Shown here: piece after piece, positions 56,792 through 64,000 of the stretch | Numbering within the stretch: position 1 is the stretch's first letter | Layout: every line of letters starts with the position of its first letter | Assembly (NCBI RefSeq): GCF_000143415.4 | Contig: NW_003314280.1 | Coordinates: 682,001 to 746,000, forward strand | DNA length: 64,000 nucleotides | Direction: 5' to 3' | DNA from: Selaginella moellendorffii | Lineage: Eukaryota; Plantae; Lycopodiophyta | The notes under the pieces: model-generated | What the model saw: only the letters and a program-made list of their open reading frames with translations | The model's database searches: none | Told to the model about the DNA's origin: nothing | Translations under genes and position numbers: made by a program

Positions 56792-59700
56792 AAGTACAAG
56801 ACCAGATGGCCATAGAAATATTTTGGAAGTCCCTTTTTGACATTGTATTGAAGTGGATTGGTAAGCTTGCTAAATTTTGCAATTTTATAGCAAATGGGAC
56901 TAGGGCTAATTGGAATGGCATTTAAGTAGTTTTTAGGAATGGTCAACTCCTAAAAGGTCATGAGAGAACTTGTGAATTCTATTGCAAAGCCTAAACTAGC
57001 ACTATCACTTTATCAAATTAGATTTTCAATTAGCATTTAATGAGTTGTATAAATAATGGTAGGTTATACTTTTTGAAAAAAGAGCATGAGGCAAAAACAA
57101 ATAATATTTGAATCTGGTGAGATAAAGATAGTCATACAGACATAAGTTGTCTACCACAACTTGAGTTATGGTTGGAGTGGTGGGAAGTTAGGATGTTCTA
57201 ATAAGGACATCACTCTCTTTAGGTTGGTTTTTTTTTTTTTAATCTTTTTATTGTCTTTTAATATTGTCTTTTTCATTAAAACCAACCATATTGATTTTGT
57301 ATATACCCTAACTATGAATCTCTCAGAGAGTAAAGATTGGAGCTAGCATTCCTTTGAGGCAGGGAAAGGGAAGATGAATTTATACGAAGCATGTCTATTG
57401 AATTTGATATATATTATAGAGAAGGGGAAGACAAGTTTATAAAAAGTATATTTCAGAACAATCTTCAAAAGCCTTGGCATTTAAGGAAGGAAGACACATG
57501 GGAATAAAACCTTCAATTAAGATGTTACATGATTGGATGAAGAAAAAATGACTCCATTAGTACAAATAGTGGCAATTATAATGGACGAAATGGTTTGCAA
57601 CACATGTATAGAATATACTCCCTAGGCTTCTATTAGTGACATAAAGACTATCCACTCAAAGTGTTTTTTTTCCTTTGCTGGTGAAAATGTTGGTATATAC
57701 CTTAGAGCAAAAAGCTCTCGCACGTTTAATGTTGAGTACCATTTTACTCCAAGACATCACTTTTGGTATATTAGTGGATTCTCATAATTTAACCAAGAAT
57801 ATTTTTTATCCCTACTATAAAGTGATTTGGCAAGTTTAAGAAGTGAGGAAGAATAAAATGGTTATTGTACAAGATTAACATATGGTAGTTGGAAGCTATT
57901 GAAAGTATCATATAAGCTAATATTGATGTGGAAAAAGAAAAGATACCTTGGAGTATTTTAAGGCATTGATGAAAGAATTAATGCCATGGTTGAGGCAATA
58001 GAATATTATACTAGATAAGTACTTTATGTTCACCAAGCCAAAACTTGTATATCTCTATGACTTACAATAACATATTTGGTCTGATTGTAGCTCATGGGTT
58101 GATGATACCTCCATCTTAAATCTTTGAGAAATACCCAACTTTTAATTTTTAAAGTAGAAATATTTAAGCATTTTTAGGAAGTTTAGACCTCCAACTTTCA
58201 AAGGAGATGCCCCTCTTGATGAGAATCAAAATTGGGTTGTCACCTTGTCTACAACTAAAAATGTCAATAGATGAATTGATTATAGCATTTTACTTTAAGC
58301 TAATATTGCTATGGCATAAGGGGTATACTAGGGTTTGGTGGAAAATAAAGAGGAATTCTTTATCTATCTAGAGGGATTTATAATGGGCTTGAATTAGTTT
58401 GAGGCAAAATTTGATGAAAAATTTCTGAGTTTAAATTGTTGAATAGGTTGTGAGCTAAGAAGTAAAAAGAGAAGAAAGATGTTCAAATATATGTAGACAC
58501 ATTGAATTGACTCACAATACAACTTAGATCTTCACTAGTGACAAATTGACAATTGCGTAGATATTTTTGTTAAGGCTTTAAAAAAATTTTGGGAGCAAAT
58601 GTAATTTTATGCCCAAACAATACACCAAACATGCAAATTCAAGATACAAAAGGAGTGAAGATTCAATCAAGATTCCTAAAGATAAATCTTTTAAAGAAAA
58701 AATAAACATCAAATGAGTAACTACAGAATGTTAAGGATATTGTAACAACTTTAACACAAGAATTGAAGAAAGATAAATCATTAGTTCATATCTTTTGGGA
58801 AGAGGTTAGTTGACGAAGGTGGTGGAGCAAGATGATAAATATGATAATAACAATTTAGTTTGATATTGTGTAATGAACCAACAACATTCAACTACCAACC
58901 ATGATATATAATTTGACACAAAGACATAGGTAGATTCTATTAATAGATCTTTAGAACTAGAAAATCTAAATAAATACCCATTTAAACCATACTAGAGCCT
59001 TAGAGAGAGAAAAAAAGGAATTAGAGCAAAAACTAATACATAAAGGGATGTAAATATTATTAGGAAGTTAAGGCTAATAGATGATGGAAATTTTAATAAA
59101 AGATCCTTTGTGGCTAATAGGTAACAGTAAACATTTCAATGGCATTGCAATAATATCTTTAAAAATAATTATGTAGAGGGGAACCTACTTGTGATGGTGT
59201 AAATTAAACTTAGATATGAATGAAGGTAAGTACAGTTTAATGTGATGCATTACAATGAGGTGGTAAGGCTCCATGTGTTATTAGATGACAAGGGGCTAAA
59301 AGAGGAGGATGCTAATAAAAATCCTTAAATAGGGCAATTATAAATAAAATTTCAGGTCATGTCCATTAGAATAAGAACTTGTACCATAGCATTGCTCATT
59401 GCTTTCCACTTTTACCTTTTATCTTTGAGAATCTTAAAATTTTGGAATCCTTTGCATGCGTTATAGCCCTACTACACCCTAATCCATCTCATTATTCTAA
59501 TTGCTTCAAGTTTGACCATTCACAAGTTTGTATAATAAAAACTAACAGTCCCACTCCTGCTAGTCTAGGGTAATCCTAGCTGCAAGTGTAGGTCATTATT
59601 GTGCAGCTTTGGCCAACCAAATGTAGATATGGCTATAGCTACTATAGCCATGGCCATGGGCTTCTTTTGGCCCATGACCACATAGCTTGCTATAAAGATA

Positions 59701-61392
59701 AAATAAATAAGAGCACATAGAGATTTTACATGAGTGTGGTTACTAGTTGTGGCTGGCTATAGCAACCTAAGCCTATAGCTATGGCAGCCTGGTGTAACTT
59801 GCCAAAAGAAAAAAAAATATAGAATAGTAGGTTGTGTTTTTGGCTATAACTCTAGCCGCATTAAATATGGAGTTAAATGCTTGTCTGAGGAGAAAGAGAA
59901 TCTTAACAATCTATCATAACCAAAAATTTGAAAAAAAAAACAAGAAAAACCTTATCCTACTATCGACTTCACAACCATGTTACCATAGCTTCACCACAGC
60001 TAGGGTCTGGCACTGGTACAAGTGCAAGGAGTAATGGACAATCCTAAGAATGCTTGGCATGCACAAAGAGGCCCTTGCATTTGAATTTGTCTATTGTATA
60101 TTATGACATTGTCATTTATGACATGTCATCATGTCCACATGGTAAATAAAGGCCAAGGAGATGATTTGCAACTTACATCTAGCAACCCTAATTCAATATC
60201 CAAAACCTAGGGCTTTAGCTCAGATAGATTCATTTATTCCCATATAATATTCAAGAATTATTTGACATTCCCGCATTCTACAATTTCACTACTAAAAGAA
60301 GATTGATTAATGGTTCACAATGAGCTTTGAAACGTCTACTACTAGGATTTCTAGGGTTCATGATTCCTCCTTGATCTTCTCAAGCTCCAATTTAGCAGCA
60401 TCATTAGGCTTTAGGTAGCATCTGAAAGAAAAAAGTTTAAAATCTAGATGATTTGAAAGATACAAAAGGGAATAGTACCTTCTCTAATCTTACTTCCACC
60501 ATGTGTTTAATCATTTTTAGTTGCAACTAGCTTAGGAGCAAATGCTAAGAATTTGATCGTTGAATGAGAAGATCCATAACCAATGATACTAGATGAATTT
60601 GCCTTGCACTTGACAATGTTTGCTATGCATTCAATAGAAATTTGTGAGTAATAACAATTTGTCTCATTGCCTTATAAGGCATCATTGTGTAATCTGGACA
60701 TATTAAAGCTATGAAGAACTTTTGCCTAGTAATATCTTTTTGTGTTTTTTCTAGTGCCATTTTAAGTATTTCTGAGCTATATTTGAGTTTAGTTTCTGGT
60801 CCCCATCACCATTCCATTCCTCTATTTTTCTATAAGTTTTGCTTCCTTGGCTACTTGTTTTTCTTGTTCTCTTAGTTGTTTTGCAATGTCAAGCTTAAAG
60901 AAATTGAATAGATCCTTAGGGCCATAGCACTTTTGTTTGCCAATTTGCAGTGAGATAGATATTTCTTTTTAAAAAAGTTTCTGGACCTATTTATATCTTT
61001 AATTTTACTTTTTAATTTTATTCACTTGGTTGGGATACAGCCCCCTACTATTGTGGCAAGGCAATTGTTGGATTTAGAGTATGAACATTCTAGGCAGTGA
61101 ATCCCTGCTAGGTTGAAAATGCCAATTGGCGATAATTTAGGGGCTAGTTTACAAGACTTTGGTATTTTTGTTAAACTTTGAAAACCTTTCAAAGAGGAAT
61201 TTACCAAGTGCTAGTGGATTTCCTTACATGACAATATATTTAGCATTTCAAAGCTATTTGTTTCCTGCTAGAATCATTATTTTTGTACACGAAGCCTTGT
61301 TTCTGAAATTGATACGATATGGAAACAACTCGTACCAAAGGAACGTGGTCGAGTGGTTTAAGAATATTCTTCCAATTGGGAGGTGCCCTAGA

Positions 61393-63251
61393 ATGGAGTG
61401 TACGCTGAGCGGCAATGCCGTCAAGGGCTTGCATCGTGCCGTGGCGTGCCTGGCGCGCGTCGGCCCGGAGCTCCTACTAGAGGCGCTGCCGGACAAGGTG
61501 AGAGAAAATCTAAGCGAGGAGGAGGAGGAAGAGGAGCAGCGCGATCTCTTTTCTTTTTCTTTGCTAGGTGACCCTCCGATCGCTCAACTCGGCGCGCTCG
61601 GCGTTCGTCGCGATCACATTCCGGCGCCACTTCTTCGATAGGCTGCAGCTCTCTTCCTCGAGCGCTCAGTGCGGTGTGCTTCTCAAGGTGTGAGCCTTTG
61701 TCCTCGAGGAGCGCCTAGTCTTGGGGTTGCTAATATCGTCTTTAAGGCCGTGTGCACTGTCTTGCGGACGCAACCAGGCAGTGTAGAGCGCATGGCGATC
61801 ACGCTGCCGGACAGCAATGCTTCCAAGTTGAAGTGGACGATCGACTGCTTGAATGGTATGTTGTTCGTCTTGGCTTTGGAATGTGTTTTCGTAGCTTATG
61901 TCGCGAGCTTTCGAGCAGGGCTGAGGAAAACGTACTGGATATCTTGCAACAACGACATAGAAATGCAGCATGTAGCGATCGAGAGGAACATTTTTCCCAG
62001 CAATCTGGTGGCAAGGCCTCGTGACTTCAGCAGGCTGCTGGCTAATTTCCAGTCGAGCTTGCAAGAGATTACTCTGATCGCCACCGAGCCTTTCCTTGCG
62101 CCTACTGAGTCGGAAGGCAAGGCAGTGGAACTCAGGAGCTACATCGACCCCGTCAAAGGTATGTTGTTGCTCGCTCGGCTCTATATGTTTCGTTTTCTTT
62201 GTTCTGTGCCCGTAGAAAACAACGATGGCGCACTTCATACTCAACTTTGGATTGATCCCGCCGAAGAATTGCGAGACTATCATCACACTGGGGTCGCAGT
62301 GGACGTTACGTTCAGCGTCAAGGAGCTCAAGGTGCCTCACTTATCACTTATCTTAAGAGGAAATCCTAACATCTATAGCCTTTGCATGCTTCAGGCCTTT
62401 ATGAATTTTTGTGAAGGTTCAGAGGCTGATATGCAGCTTTTCTTTGACAAAGCTGGAAGGTACTTATCTTTCAGTGTCTTATTGTATTCTAGTTACAAAA
62501 TCCACGTCCTGTGTGCAGCCCGATTCTCCTTGCTCCAAAGTTCAGTGTTGATGATGCCGCAAATGCCGATTTTGACGCAACTCTTGTGCTAGCGACTATG
62601 CTGGGCTCTCAGCTTAGATCCAGTGATTCTGCTAGTGATCGAGCTCCAACAGATGCTCAGCCTGCACAGGGCGCTCCCCAAGCGGGTTATACTACTCCAA
62701 AGAATGCAGCTAATAAGGAAACAGCGGGAACGGGTTCAGGCCCTCGGTCTGATCATACTGTAATTTGGTCAGAGCTTTCAGGTACATTTTGTCAATCGTG
62801 GACAAGCTAAAGTCACTCCGTTTTACAGGCACGGCAGATCAAAGAGGAAGAGGGTATGCTGACAGACTTGCAAACCAACAGCCTCGTCAAATATTCCCGG
62901 ATAGTGGCGACGCTACCGAGGAACTTCCTTTCCACCGGCATGAGTTTGTTTTTAAGATCCATCCACCTCTTTTGTTCCTCACATCTGTCATTTTGCTCTC
63001 GGCAGTGTCACGTTAGAGAAGGATGTCCGGAATGGTACAGAGGATGACGTCGTGCAGCAGCAACCCAATGGTGAATGCTTTTCGGTGTTTGTTGTTTCAA
63101 GCTAAGCTTGTAAGTTGTCAATGCAGATGAGCGTAGTGCACAACAGCTGTTTGGAAAGGATTTGAGCAACTGGATTGCTGCCGATACAGACGAGGAAAGC
63201 GATGGGGATGGGTTTTGCGTTCAAGCAACACCTCCCCACCGGAGGGGGTGA
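61393..63251 (+). CDS. RAD9: Cell-cycle checkpoint protein RAD9 (9-1-1 clamp subunit)
   Basis: MECTLSGNAVKGLHRAVACLARVGPELLLEA, LRSLNSARSAF, GLRKTYWISCN, FQSSLQEITLIATE, VTFSVKELKAF, FDATLVLATML, acidic tail ending VQATPP. Confidence 0.9.
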
Positions 63252-63814
63252 AAGAGGGCGCTGGTATGTTCTTGTCGAGCCCGCTTTCGCTTTTCACGCT
63301 TGTCGTTCAAATTCCAGTTGCAAGTCAATAACGTGTCTCCAGTTTTGCTTTCGACTGAACAGGCATTTCCCAAGTGCACTCAAGTTACGATGACAGGCAT
63401 GAAATCTTGTCCTGGGCCTATCAGAGCTCTTCCTTTAACAGGAACCGACAGCCTAGCAAAGATGACAATTTTTAGCAAGCAACATATTCAACTTGTGATA
63501 TGTTGATACAAATTATTCCTTTGTGTCATATGTTTTTTGTGATCGGGATTCTAGTCCATGCATCCTAGACAGGCACAAGTGGGCTGAAAATATTTTGAAC
63601 CAGCTGGAGATCCCGACAAGCGTGAAATTATTTCAAAGAAACAATTCTTCCATTGTCTTGGACAACTTGTCCCCATCTTGCACGAGTCTATGATCCTCGT
63701 ATGCCAAGGTTTTGCCGAAGACACTAGCGTCCAAGCCGGTATCGACGAGAGACGAGCAGGGTCCTCGCCTGAGCTATTAAAGTTGGCCAGCGTTTTCCAT
63801 CACCTAAGACTCCA

Positions 63815-64000
63815 ATGGCAAAAGGTTCCAACCATGTTGTTCTTGTTCCTCTTCCAGCACAAGGCCATCTCCTGCCAATCCTCTACCTCGCCAGGAAGCT
63901 CGCAGCGCATGGATTTGCGGTAACCATCGTCAACATCGACAGCGTCCACGAGAGTGTGAAGCAAAACTGGAGGAACGTTCCACAGCAAGACATCCGCCTG
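63815..64000 (+). CDS. UDP-glycosyltransferase (family 1), N-terminal part truncated by the window edge
   Basis: MAKGSNHVVLVPLPAQGHLLPILYLARKLAAHGFAVTIVN, with the typical GH catalytic-His motif. Confidence 0.88.
   Translation, partial: MAKGSNHVVLVPLPAQGHLLPILYLARKLAAHGFAVTIVNIDSVHESVKQNWRNVPQQDIRL

Noticed and set aside
57300-59300. Possible decayed transposase
   Set aside because: AT-rich, stop-riddled sequence with no motif I can assign
63330-63700. Possible PPR remnant between RAD9 and the UGT
   Set aside because: Only faint resemblance; cannot be supported by eye

Overview
Eukaryotic plant genomic DNA. Very short introns, tight gene packing and PLS-class PPR genes suggest a lycophyte such as Selaginella; this is an inference, not a database match. 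Bases ~1.3-29.7 kb are gene-dense: receptor-like kinase, tRNA pseudouridine synthase, TDY-type MAPK, PAS-domain Raf-like MAPKKK, poly(A) polymerase, HhH-GPD glycosylase, YVH1/DUSP12-type phosphatase, an orphan membrane ORF, GH20 hexosaminidase, GUCD1/GC1-like protein, PP2C, SNAP25-like SNARE, histidine phosphatase and a PPR gene. Bases ~29.7-61.3 kb are an AT-rich accessory island. It holds (i) two intact, inverted, 71%-identical intronless genes for an unrecognised 138-aa secreted Cys-containing protein, each just downstream of a decayed PPR E-domain; (ii) a young Ty3/gypsy element in a (TA)n tract with a tRNA-Ala PBS and a G-GGA-AAC slippery site plus H-type pseudoknot for -1 gag-pol frameshifting; (iii) an old hypermutated copy of the same family interrupted by a complete Cassandra-type TRIM with 5S rRNA promoter sequence in its LTRs; and (iv) a Crinkler-like nuclease-fold/pseudokinase gene. 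The window ends with RAD9 and the start of a UDP-glycosyltransferase. CDS spans run start codon to stop codon including introns and were read by eye.
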